Shown: positions 1-11,800 of the stretch, one piece after another | Numbering within the stretch: the stretch's first letter is position 1 | Layout: each line of letters starts with the position of its first letter | Assembly: GCF_018977255.1 (NCBI RefSeq) | Contig: NW_024704757.1 | Coordinates: 6,448,001-6,512,000 of the forward strand | Origin: Callorhinchus milii | Taxonomy: Eukaryota | Direction of reading: 5' to 3' | DNA: 64,000 bases | Position numbers and translations under genes: made by a program | The notes under the pieces: model-generated | The model's database searches: none | What the model was told of the DNA's origin: nothing | What the model saw: the letters and a program-made list of their open reading frames with translations, nothing else

Positions 1-2999
1 TTTTTAAACTTAACAAAAAGGGGTAATTGACCTTGAAGTCTTTCATATAATTAGAGAATATTGCGAGATTAAATTTTATTTAAACATATTCCTTTACCTG
101 AATTTTGGAAGAGAAATAACTAACCAAACTAATCACCAATGCACCACAGGACATCGTGTACTGAAGTCAAACCTGTTACATCCGTAGTCGATGGTAAAAA
201 TATTCTCTGGAAAGCAGACATTACACCGACAAGAAGTTTGCAAGTTAAATAAATACAGTGACGGGTACAAACTACTCTTATTAAGCAACATCCAAAATGC
301 ATCCCCTCCCCTGCCTCTCTCGCAGCTTTTCACTCTTCAATTGCTTCAGTTGGAGTTTTAGCTTCTGGCAGAAGATTGCAGGCTTCTTTCCTGCACAGAT
401 TTGACTGTCAAATCAGACCCTGAGTGATGACCCGGACCAATAGAAAAGTGGGGCCGCACCTTTTCCGCGGAATCTGCTACAAACACCCACTCTGCTATAA
501 ACCTGTACACACAGTGGGCTTACTCCGGCCGCTCACGCTGTTTGCTCGATGCTGCTACTGTGGGCGGAGCAGCTCCGGTTGCGCGCATGCAGCAAGTGTC
601 CGATCGCGGAAGTGGCGCAAGTGGGAAATCAGTTTCGCTTGACACCCGTCTAAACTGAGCTCCTGTGACCAAGTCTTGGTGAGTGCTGTACTATTCAAAT
701 TAACATTTCTACTATCTTAAACATAACTACATATTCGGGAAATATACATCTATAGTTTTAATCCGGGCTGTTTCACCAAATGTGTCTCTCAATAGCACTA
801 ATCAACCCTCCACAATTTTCCGCAAAAGCTACCAAACTTCTCTGCAATTTTCCGCAAAATTTGTCAAACGCCCTGCAATTTTTGGCAAATATTTCTACAC
901 TTTTCTATTGTTCAAGTGACCACACACAATTCTTCGCAAGAAAAAAATAGTTTTTCTAAAACAGGCTGGTGTTATCACACCAAAATAAAATACAAAAGAA
1001 TAAAAGTTTTCTGGATACTCATGTAAACTGATTTATAAAGCGATTTTCCTGGTATATGTACTTCCTGCTTTTAGCACTTAATTTGAATCGCCACACATGC
1101 CAACTGACACATAATAATGCCAATCTTACTATTTAGTTCAATTCCGATTTATAAGCACTATTTTGATCTTAAATGACAAAGAAAAAAGCAAAGCCATCTG
1201 ATGGATCTCAGTCATCCCAACTTGCCAGCATGCAAAAGTATGATGACAGCACTTTAAAAGCAGTCTCAACAAACACTCTAAGCTTTTGTAGATGTCCTTC
1301 TTGATTCAATTTTAAACACCCTGCATTACAGGAGCTTGCATTTACAAAATTATACAATCTTTCATTTTTTGAAAAGTACAACAGGACATTCAGTAAATAA
1401 AACTATGTGTTTCTGGTGCATTTTATTCCAACCTTTTCACCGTTTAAATAATTACCTCACCTAACCATCCAAGTGAGGTAAAAATGTGCCAGAATAATGA
1501 TTGCATTTTCATTGTCGTTTAAATTACCAAATCACAATTGCCAATAACATCCTCCATTAACACTAGAATACACTGCCTGAAAGGGAGGTGGAAGCCGATT
1601 CGATAACAACTTTCGAAAGAGAAGTAGATAGGTATTTGGGGAGGACAAGTTTGCAGGGCTATTGGGAAAGTGCCGGAGAGTGGGATTAATTTGGGTAGCT
1701 TTTCAAAGAGCTGGCACAGACACGATGGACCGAATGACCTCATTCTGTGCTGTATATTTCTATGATTCTCTGAGATGCAGTCCGGCGTGGAGGGCGCTAT
1801 ATAAATCCAAGTTGTTGTTGTTGTTGATTCTATTTAAGCTCCTCCATTAGCAACATTTTTACCAAAGATTCAACATGGTTTACCAGTACTATCATCATAG
1901 CATGCTAACTACAGTAGAACCCAATTTTAGGGCAATAGTGGAGGTCCACAAAATTCCAACCCACCTTATAATGAAGTACGATCAAGATCTAAGTTGGGGG
2001 GGGGGGGTGATATGAATTGTAAATAGCCTCTACAGCAAAGAATATCTAATGTCAGTTTCAAAATTTTATTTTCTTACAGTCTAGGTACATCCCTGCATGA
2101 CTGAGATATGTTAAGCTAAACATTATGCAGCATGGATTTTTGAAGGTTTTGAAATGCAGCTTGTTTTAGCCAAAGAGAATGGTCTCTCAAATCATTCACC
2201 ACAGACTGAATTTTGATGGACAAAGTTAGATATACAGGAAGTGCCTGTTAAACTGTGGCAAAACTGTACAACAGATTCAGAAGAGCGTTCACGGCACATA
2301 TTCTATCAAACAGGCTTAAGCCTTATCTCCGTGGTGAGACAGGTGTTGAGTATATTAGGAGGCGATAGCTCTCAGAATTAGCCTGGCCGCCATCTGTCAG
2401 CAGCCACTACCAGCTGGCTTCCATCACCAAAGCAAATCTCCATCAACTGTCCACAAACCAACAGTTCAGCCTTACAGCCCCAGGAAAATGAATTACATAC
2501 TCCTTTAACACATGTAAAGAAAATGAGGATATCTGAAATTTCCAGCAGGGCTTTGCACTCACAGGGGGATTAAAGACAGGCCTCAAATAGGCCTTTACAG
2601 CAATTAAACCTGCATCTATACTCAAGGGACACTACCCCGGTGAACATTCTTCCAATTTGTTATACAATGTTTATCTACACAGCACAGCAGACACTAGCTC
2701 TATCTATTTTAAGTGAGTGATACAATAGGCCCGACGGTGTGCTCCATTAGGTCATAGGGACCACATTCCCTGTATGAGGCATAGGCCTTGCTTTACAATA
2801 ATAAATATTGAGAGGAGAATGGAGCGAAGGAAGTGAACATACATTTCCACCATCCAATTTATATTCTTAATCTATTGTAAACATCCCAAACCCCAGGAGA
2901 TCATATTTTCTTGGTCACATAATATAACTAGTCCATTCTTACTGTGCATGAGTGTATGTATTTGTTAAAGTCGCTATTAGTGAAATCAGTAAAGTTAAA

Positions 3000-3372
3000 T
3001 TAATAATCCTTGTATTTGATATAGCAGCTAGAACATCTCATGACTCAAAATGCTTCAAGTGTAATTGCTGTAGTGACTGAGTATTTGTAGACAACCTCAG
3101 CAAACAATTTGTGCACAGCAAGGTCCCGCAAACAGGCATGAAATGAATGATCAATTTATGTAGAGAAGTGTTGATCGGGATACTGGTAGAAACCCACTTC
3201 TCATTTCAAATAGTCTAATCGTCCCTCAGTTTAATATCTCATCATTGTAATGTTTCCCTCAGCTCTGAACTGCAGCATCAGCCTCTCCCTAGACAGTAAG
3301 TCCAGTGTGGGACTTGAAACCACAACCTTCTGACTCAGAGGTTCAAGTGATACCAACTGAGCTCAGCTGACA
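3000..3372 (-). mobile_element. Older DeuSINE (SacSINE1/AmnSINE1-like). Related copies at about 9715-9920, 28630-29020, 43640-44010, 52895-53220 and 56690-56860.
   Basis: Reverse strand ctcagttggtatcact...ctctgagtcagaaggttgtggtttcaagtcccac (tRNA head) plus gatgaga..ttaaac.gagg Deu-domain remnants. Confidence 0.7.
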
Positions 3373-3524
3373 AACTGAATGGAGTCATACAAAATGAGGG
3401 AACAAAAGCAGACATGTTGCTTGGCTTCCCTGTGAAGCACTGTTTTTTTTAAAGACTATTTCTTTACCTATCACGTTCCAATCCCATTTTATGTCTTATG
3501 CCAGGTACTTCTTGAATAGACTTG

Positions 3525-3642
3525 CATCATTGAACATCACACATGACAAAGATACATCATTCAACATCACACATGAAGATTCATCATTCAATATCACACA
3601 TGACAAGTATTTATTATTCAACATCACACATAACAACGATAC
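3525..3642. repeat. Short tandem repeat, about 4 copies of 27-30 bp (catcattcaacatcacacatgac...)
   Basis: Directly visible. Confidence 0.85.
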
Positions 3643-4309
3643 TCAAGAGCAAGTTTTTAGGCCTTGTTGAGTGGGATGAAATTCATACTCAAAGGATTAA
3701 AGTATTGATGGATAAAATACATTAGAACTCTTGCTACACCTTAGTAGCCTGTACTACCATAAGACATGGTGCACGCGTGTGCAAATGACCCTGAGGTGAG
3801 AGCTAATAACTGAGCCCAAGATGACAACTAACTTGCCAATTTCTCTCTCTCACACACATTTATATAGCCCTTCTACATCGGAAGGACGGCTCAAAGCTCT
3901 TCAACTATGCTGCAAGTCTCATCTCCTGTCTTTTTGTCAACATATACATGTTGATCTCACTCCAACTTCTTTCTGAGCTGAATCCAGCATGTAGGATCCA
4001 CCTACAATGCAATGACCTGTAGAATGTTTCAACTGTCCATGCTGTAACTATCCCTGCCGCATCCAGTTAGGGTAGCGATCCATCTTACTGCCAAGAGCAG
4101 CAGCATAAATCATCCATACCAGACAGCTTAGCTCCCCGTCCATTAATGCAAGTAACAGACAGCCTGCATTTTCAATGATTTATTCAAGCGTAACCACATC
4201 CCAGGAACCAAATCTAAAAATGTTTTCGCCATTATAAAATCTTCCTATAGGAGTTCATTCCACCATTTTATTTCTGCTCTGTGCATAATTACAGATCAAC
4301 AAGGCACAA

Positions 4310-4636
4310 TTGAGAAACTATTTCCTCTCGTGGGAGAATCCAGAACAAGGGGGCAAAATCTTAAAATTAGAGCCAGACCATTAAGGAGTGAAGTTAGAGG
4401 CAATTTTTCACTCAAAGCACAGTGGAAATCTGGAACTCTTCCCCCAAAAGGCTGCCGATGCTGAATCCATTAAATTGTTTTAAGACTAAGGTGGATAGAT
4501 ATTTGTTAGGTAAAGGTATCAAGGGATATGGGGCAAAGGCGGGTAATTGGAGTTGAGGTACAGATCAGCCATGATCTTACAGAATGGTGGAACTGGCTCG
4601 AGGGACTGAATGATCTACTCCTGTTTCTATGTTTCT
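4310..4636 (+). mobile_element. CR1-clade LINE 3' end. Further CR1 tails at about 1640-1770(+), 12545-12600(-), 35005-35195(-), 47255-47385(-), 50790-51045(-) and 62420-62530(+).
   Basis: LFPLVGESRTRG..LKIR..FFTQ..VEIWNSLP-like coding remnant, followed by a typical CR1 3' UTR (gatcagccatgatct...ctgaatg..ctactcctg, ttctatg tail). Confidence 0.8.
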
Positions 4637-5954
4637 AATTGGAAAAAAGCAATATTTCATCTGAACATATATCAATAGTATTGCTTTACTAACTTGGTAC
4701 TTTAATGGACAAACAATAAATACCATTTTTGGCAATCTTTTTGTGGGTGTTTCGCTACAACTGTGCTACATTTTAGTTGGTGATTTAGACTACCCTTTGA
4801 ATTTTAAAACATTTACAACAAGATAAAATTTTCACCGCAAAATTGTGGTGGTTTAAGATAAAACAACCTGAAATTAGATTTGTTTCTTGCTTTCAACACA
4901 CTGCCAGCTGGACACTAAGCCAGACCATCTGAGAAAACAAAATGCTGTTGTGATAACCATTTCAACTGCTTAATTGAAGCTGGATACAGTTAATATTTGC
5001 AACAACTGCAAGCAAATCTTAATGGCAATTACAATTTCTAGATTGGCAGTGCCTGACCAACTGAAATTATTCCATGCAGCTTTGTAAATGATTAGCATCT
5101 ATATTGCAGAGGGGGAAAGAGGACTGTGACTTTGCTTTAAACATGCTTTGGAAAACAAGCAAATAGACATGATGAGCTGAATGGCTTTCTTCTGTGCTGT
5201 AACTTTCTAGGTGATATTTTTCATGAGTAAAAGATGTTTATTTTGGTCGCCAGTTTGCGAGTTCTGCACAGCCACGTCGGGTGAGGTAAATAACCAACCT
5301 AATCATGCTTTTTTTTACAAATTTCTTCATTCAAACAAATGCTTGAAGTATATGCAGTTTAAAGTTTGCGATGGAACACTATGGGGCAAGGTCCTGTAAC
5401 CTATCTGAACAAGACACATGACTTGTCTTACTGTCCATAGATCAGAATAAATAGTAAGAACAGCTAAATAGGAGGAGGACTCCGTTCATTCTGAACAGAG
5501 CTTTCAAAGTTATCTCTGAAGATATGCGGGGAGGAGAGGAAGAATTGAAACATAAAAGGTAAGTGCGACGTTTCACCCACAAAATACACAAGTCTATTCA
5601 CTTTACATTATATCCTGTGAAGCGCTTTGAGGCGCCTCGAAGACGTGATAAGGCGCAATATCAAATGCAAGGATTTTTATTACATCAATCTTCTCTTCCA
5701 CACTTCCAAAGAGTACAACAGAACCCTCTTAACATGAAAAAACAGCAGCCTGTAAAATATTCTCTTCACCAATCATTCCTGTAATGTGAATAGTGTATCC
5801 ATTACAGGAATGAATCTGTGCCTGAGAAAGTCTTTTTAGAAAAAAAAACAGCAGGGATCGAATTAAGTAATACAGGGTGTAGCAAGCTGGATTCCTCCCC
5901 ACCTCAGGCGAGTCCAAGGCTCTTTCTGCACAGGAATCACATGTTTGTGGCGAT

Positions 5955-6500
5955 TGCTCTTCACTGCCTTCTCAACTCCTCCCTCCGCAGGCTGCAAATA
6001 ATCCAGAACTCTGCAGTCCGTGTCCTCTCTCGCACCAAATTCCACGACCCCATTCTTGCCCGACTCCATTGGCTCCCTGTCCTTCAGAGAATTCAGTTCA
6101 AGATCCTGGTCCTCACCTACAAAGCCCTCCATGGCCTCACCCCACCCTACCTCTGCGACCTCCTAACCCCCTACCAACCCACCCGCTCCCTTTGCTCAGC
6201 CGGCTCTGGCCTGCTCCAAGTCCTCCAACCACCCACTCCACCATCGGAGGGAGAGCTTCAGCCACTGTGCCCCCAATCTCTGGAATTCCATCCCCCAGTC
6301 ACTCCGCCTCGCCCCCTCCTTAGCCTCCTTCAAGTCCCGCCTCAAAACCCTCCTCTTCGACCAAGCCATCGGTCACCCCCCTTCCCCTCCCCTCTCCCTC
6401 CCAGCTCGGGTCTAAAATGCTGCACTCTGTCCAGCGCCTTGGGACGTCCTCCCGACGTGAAAGGCGCTATACAAATGTAATCTTGTTGTTGTTGTTGTTC
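5955..6500 (+). mobile_element. L2-clade LINE 3' fragment (C-terminus of ORF2, 3' UTR, (TTG)n tail)
   Basis: [15 protein letters not shown]...LARLHWLPVLQRIQFKILVLTYKALHG is the L2 ORF2 C-terminal signature; ends with gtgaaaggcgctatacaaat plus (TTG)n. Confidence 0.9.
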
Positions 6501-7207
6501 TGCAATAGGATCAATGCATCAGGAAGAACACAACAAAAAGATATGCAATACATTTATTTAGCAGCTTTAACATCTATAAATATTAATAATAATAATCCTT
6601 GCATTTGATATAGCGCTTTTCATGTCTTCTAGACGTCTCAAAGCGCTTCACAGAATATGCTGTAAAGTGAATTGACCGTATATTTGTGGGAACAAATATA
6701 AAAATATAAAACACCTGAAGGAAGTCTTAAAAATAAGAACTCAAATTGCATCGGTAAAAAAATATTTCTGTCCTAAATATTTCTTTCTAGAAACTAAGAG
6801 GTGGTCCAATATTTTTTCATGATAAGTATTCACTGAATAAAGTGAAAGCATGATGACCGTGTTGACATAATCTGTGCACAAATGACAACCTTTCCTCTGA
6901 GGTTTAAAAAAATGACATTATTTCTGTGAATGCAGCTCTGCCAGGAAACTAATTAAATGCCATTAACTCCTCATTATCTTCTCTGCAAGTCGCCTCTGAC
7001 AGCATCTTCACACTTCACTCACTGCCTCGAAGGCAGTTACATTTCAGGTAATATTAACCCTTATGTAGACCAGACTTATATGAAAAGGGAGTAAATATCC
7101 AGATGTTGGGATTCGAACATTTTAGATTCCCTGTATGTGAAAAAAGATCCTCAACTCCACTACTGGTTCAAACACTCAACAGAAAATAATAAAAAAAAGG
7201 ATTTTAT

Positions 7208-7716
7208 AATAATAGTAATCCTTGCATTTGATTTAGTGCTTTAACACATCTCAAAGCGCTTCACAGAATATACTGTAAAGTGAATTAATTGTATATTTGT
7301 GGGCGAACACCATGAAATTTAAATCGAAAGCAATCCAGTGGCAACATGCCAACATCCTACTGTAGGAACTGCTGTGAATGTAAAGACAATTAATTGCGGT
7401 AGTTATTCCGACAGAAAACTTACCAACTGTGAATAATGCAAAAGATATTTTATGAGCGAAACGCAGCAGCCAATTGCGCACAGCATTGTCCCACAAACAG
7501 TCATAGATTGAAGTGACCAATTTTTTTTGAAAGAATTACTACCCCCAGAAAAGCAATCCACCAATTGACTAACTTACTTACTGGGTTCCTACTTACTGTT
7601 AGGTAAACAGAGGCGTGTGGAGTAAGGAAACTTGCCCAACATTTTGCCCTGCCAAGTAACGAACCAGGGCTCTCGCTTGCGAGGCAAGTGCTCTAATCAC
7701 TGAGCTACAGGACTCC
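7208..7716 (-). mobile_element. Full-length tRNA-SINE carrying a ~135-bp internal insert
   Basis: Head at 7650-7716, tail at 7208-7300, extra segment at 7308-7442. Confidence 0.85.
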
Positions 7717-8644
7717 ACAAATCTTCTCATGCAATTTCACCCTCAAGTTTAATTGAGGGTGAAATTAAATTAGTTTTGAGACATCTAGAAGGTGTGAAAA
7801 GTGCAGTATCAAATGCAAGGATTATTTATTCTTATTTATTATAAATTCACAATAGTGCAATAAAGTGGCATCTTAATGGTATGTTGTCCCCTCTTGTTTA
7901 TTTAATTGGGGGAGGAAGCATGCTCTGATATATGAATGGGATCTTAAGCCTTATAACTTCTCCAGTCTTACTTGTACATCACTTGCTGTGACTGGCATAT
8001 TCCAAGAGGTTTATCTCCCAAACCCATTCAAGGATTAATAAGCTTAAATCCCAATGACAGAGACAAACCCCACAAACGAACGCAGGTGTTTACTTCACAG
8101 AGAAGATAGACAGGGCTGTTACAATGTCTCAGTTACTTAACAAACCAATATATTCTCTCCTCTGAATAGAGAAAATAAATAAATGAGTCCTGATCAACAG
8201 TTCAGTAAAGAAAAAGAAAGTGTTTATCTTCTCAGTCGTAGTTTTCTGAGATACTAAAAGGTCAGTAGAAAAGTTGGGGAAGAGGATAATGGGGAACAGA
8301 CACAATTACGGTTGCACAAGTCCTAAGAGTTAAAGAATCTACCTATTTCTAAAACACATTACCCATTCAAATCACAAATAAAGGTTTAAGTAAGCAATTT
8401 TTTTAAAAATGTAATTAAATTATTCATCAGAAGTAATACAAATGTATTTATTTACAAACTGGCAGAAGAGGGAACAAGCTCTAGGATACTGCCATCAAAG
8501 AGTTTTTTTCTGAAGTATTCCCAAAATAAGCCAGCGCTCTTATTAGAAGGAATCCATAAACTATTCAACACTTAAATAAAATGAATAAAATCAATTACTG
8601 TTACGATTAACAGTAAAATAAAATCCATAAACTATTCAACACTT

Positions 8645-8814
8645 AAATAAAAACAGAAGTCGCTGGGAACACTAAGCAGGTCAGGCAGACCTTTTGTCAT
8701 CAACGTGAAACGCTAAATCACTTTCCTCTCTCCATGGATGCTGTCCAACTGGCTGAGTGTTCCCAGCAACTTGTTTTTAATTCAGATTTCCAGCATCTGT
8801 AGTATTTTGCCCTG
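8645..8814. mobile_element. Palindromic short element (Penelope-type/MER6-like shark repeat) with a 14-bp target-site duplication
   Basis: aaaacagaagtcgctgggaacact...agtgttcccagcaacttgttttt inverted arms; actattcaacactt at 8631-8644 and 8815-8828. Confidence 0.7.
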
Positions 8815-11800
8815 ACTATTCAACACTTCCCTGCTAAATTAAACAAGATAGAAGACAAGTCACCTTAAACTTAAAGTTGAAAACAAAGTATGTCAAAGAT
8901 TGTCCAATGTCGAAAGCTTTGCGGTTGTTTGCTGTCAACCACCTGGCAAATAATCCACATGAATATTCAGTTTATTGCACACTGAAACAAACTTCCGCTC
9001 CTCCATGTAAACCATGCTGGATTGCTCCGTTGAGTCACCTCCTTGGAGATTCACCAGGTAATTGCCAATTAACAGTGTTTTGACACAACTCATCTAAATT
9101 GTTCAAATCAGGCCCTAAGCCAACAGCCAACATTCCAGAAGAGCACCAAAGTAATGAATGGAATCTGGCCAAAGTAGTCAAAAGGATGAGTGCACAAGTT
9201 TTGCTTTCTTGTCTGTTATACAAAGCACTATTTGATCCAGGTAGCTGACTGTGTTGGTTGACTAAGCAGACGCCAGAAACTTAGTGTGGCACATCACATC
9301 TTGACGTGGGAGTGCAAGTAGCCAAGACAAAAAAAGAGTTTTTACATATTGTGGCCACTGCACACTGTGCCCATCTAGCCCTGAGGTGTATTGGTGGATC
9401 CCTGGAAACTGCAATTTATATCTAGTTTGTAGAGTGAAGCACTTGGAAATCGGAAAGGATTACATCCACCTAGTTCACTTGGACAAAACTCTGCCAAACA
9501 TCAAAACATGTCTAAAAGCCTTGGAGGATCTGAGCAGCTGACTCAATGCCTGATATCAGCAGCTGTGCTCAGTTAGCTGAACCATTTGCCATCACAGTGT
9601 GTTATCTTTCAGCTTATTCACATTTTCCACAATGCAATTTCACCATTATCTGCAATATAATTTAAAACCTAACCACAGGGCAACCCCAGCGGTATAGCAC
9701 TATCACACTTAATAATCATTCTTGATTTGATACAGTGCCTCATTGCATCGAAATGTTTCAAAGCGCTTCACAAGAGTTTTCTGTAAAATGTAGCAGCTGC
9801 CAATTCAAACACTGCAGCTTCCCACAAACAACCATGTGAATGACCATTTTTTTTAATCTGGAGGTGTTTTGGCCAGCACACCAGTAGAAACTCCCTTATT
9901 TTTTCATAGAGTTCCAAGAGATACCCCTGCTCTCTGGAACATCATCCCTGAGTCCCTTCGCCATAACTTTCTGCCTTCAAACCTCTCTCTTTAACAGTGC
10001 TTTCAGCCACATTTAGAGCCTTCCCAGTTCCCCCTCAAGGTTCGGGGGGAGGGAGGGCTCCTAGTCAACTAACTACACTGAGTTGTGCAAAATAAATAGT
10101 TCCCTTAAGAATTTTCAAAGTAACTTAAGGCCTGTCTCGACAGATGAAAGTTACTAAAAACAAGAAATATTACAGTGAAATCACTGACTCACATAATTAA
10201 TTTATTCCTCAGGCATCGTTCCTCCAATGACTAAAAAAATCCTGTGAAAGTTGTTCCTGTTCATTAAACAGGAAAAACAGATGATCCAAATAATTACAGA
10301 CTATTCTCTCTCTGTGCATCACAGAATGAAGTACAAGAACTGAATTGAAAATATTAAATTTTTTGTGAATAATTTTTGAGTTTTTTTAAAAAAACACAGA
10401 AGAGTGGAGGAAGGCAGTCTGAATTCAGATAGCACCACATGCATTCTGAACACACAGAATTAATATAAGCTAGCTTCGACACAGTTCAAACCACAAAGTA
10501 TTACAAATGAGAAGTTAGTCTCCCTGGGATGACTCTACATCAGTTCTGTAATGACCTCCATGAAGTCATTGTCATAAACAAGCTCTGTATATTTAGTGGC
10601 TCCCTAGGGCTCTGTACATCTCCCTTCACTATTTTTCATCATCACTAACCATCTCAAATGTACTCTGTTTCAGATCCTTTTATGCATGCAGGTGACATTA
10701 TTCTACTATATTGTCAAACCAGTAACAAACAGATAATTGGGCTTTAATTAGGGACATTTACAGCTATATACAAACTACTGCTCTTTCAATAATAAAAACA
10801 TGTGTAGCTAAGTTTCCTCCCTGAACACCTGTCCTTAGATTCAATAACTTATACCCTTTTAATTGCTCTGTGCTCCTGATTATTCGTGTTATTAAATACC
10901 TGAAAATCTTCTGGACATTCCACTGACTCCCAACGATCATATAAGGTTTCAAGGGAAAGATTACAGCTTTGCTCAATTCACGCACTACAATGTATCTGCT
11001 TATATCAATTAGATCGCAGTAAAAATAGATATGAATTCATATAACCGTTAACCTGTCACAATGTTTTTCCATTCAGATACTGTTATTTTAAAAGCTTTAA
11101 AAAGTTCACTGGGAAAAATCTTAAATGAGTTTCCCTAAAGCTCAGACATCTCAACCACTTAAATTTAAAATATTTTTACTTCACTATCATCTGTCAGCTC
11201 ACTATCATCATTCTACTTCACAACATTTGCAACACCACCACAAGCAAAATAGAGTTATGGGTTTGCAGCAGAGGAACCAGGATGTCCTGGAATTGCAAGC
11301 AGTGCTACATTCAAAAACAAAAAAACTTGCATTTATATAGTGCGCTTCACAGGAGTAGTGACTCAGAGTGCATAAAAAGGAGCAAAGATGTGCCATCAAA
11401 ACTGACCTTCTTCAAATAATTGTGCCAAATTAGTACAGAGAATGAGAGGCAGAATTCTCAAAGATTCCACTTTGATGCCAATCAGGAGTATAACAATGCT
11501 GAAGTGGTTGTCAATTTGGGCTGTCGGATCAAGGCAATAATGCTTCGTAAAAGATGCTGTATAATGACATGTAGCTACCCTGTAGATAACAAGGACAAAA
11601 CAGTTGTACATTGACCATGATATGGTCCAAGCATGAGCAGAATCAGAAAATAACACACACAGACCTCCAAAGAAACCGTGAAATACATTCTACAAATCGA
11701 TTTAGCCAGCAACCATTTTGTAAAGAGATTACTAAATGCTTTGTTATTGAACAAAACAGCTCCCTGGACTGACATCTGTTCTTGGTTGTATCTAGTGCGT

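Noticed and set aside
10895-10925. Minus-strand CPEDF plus donor, as a candidate next MAD1L1 exon
   Set aside because: Similarity stops after four residues and there is no acceptor or continuation matching TPEDLSRF...; the real exon is probably outside the window.
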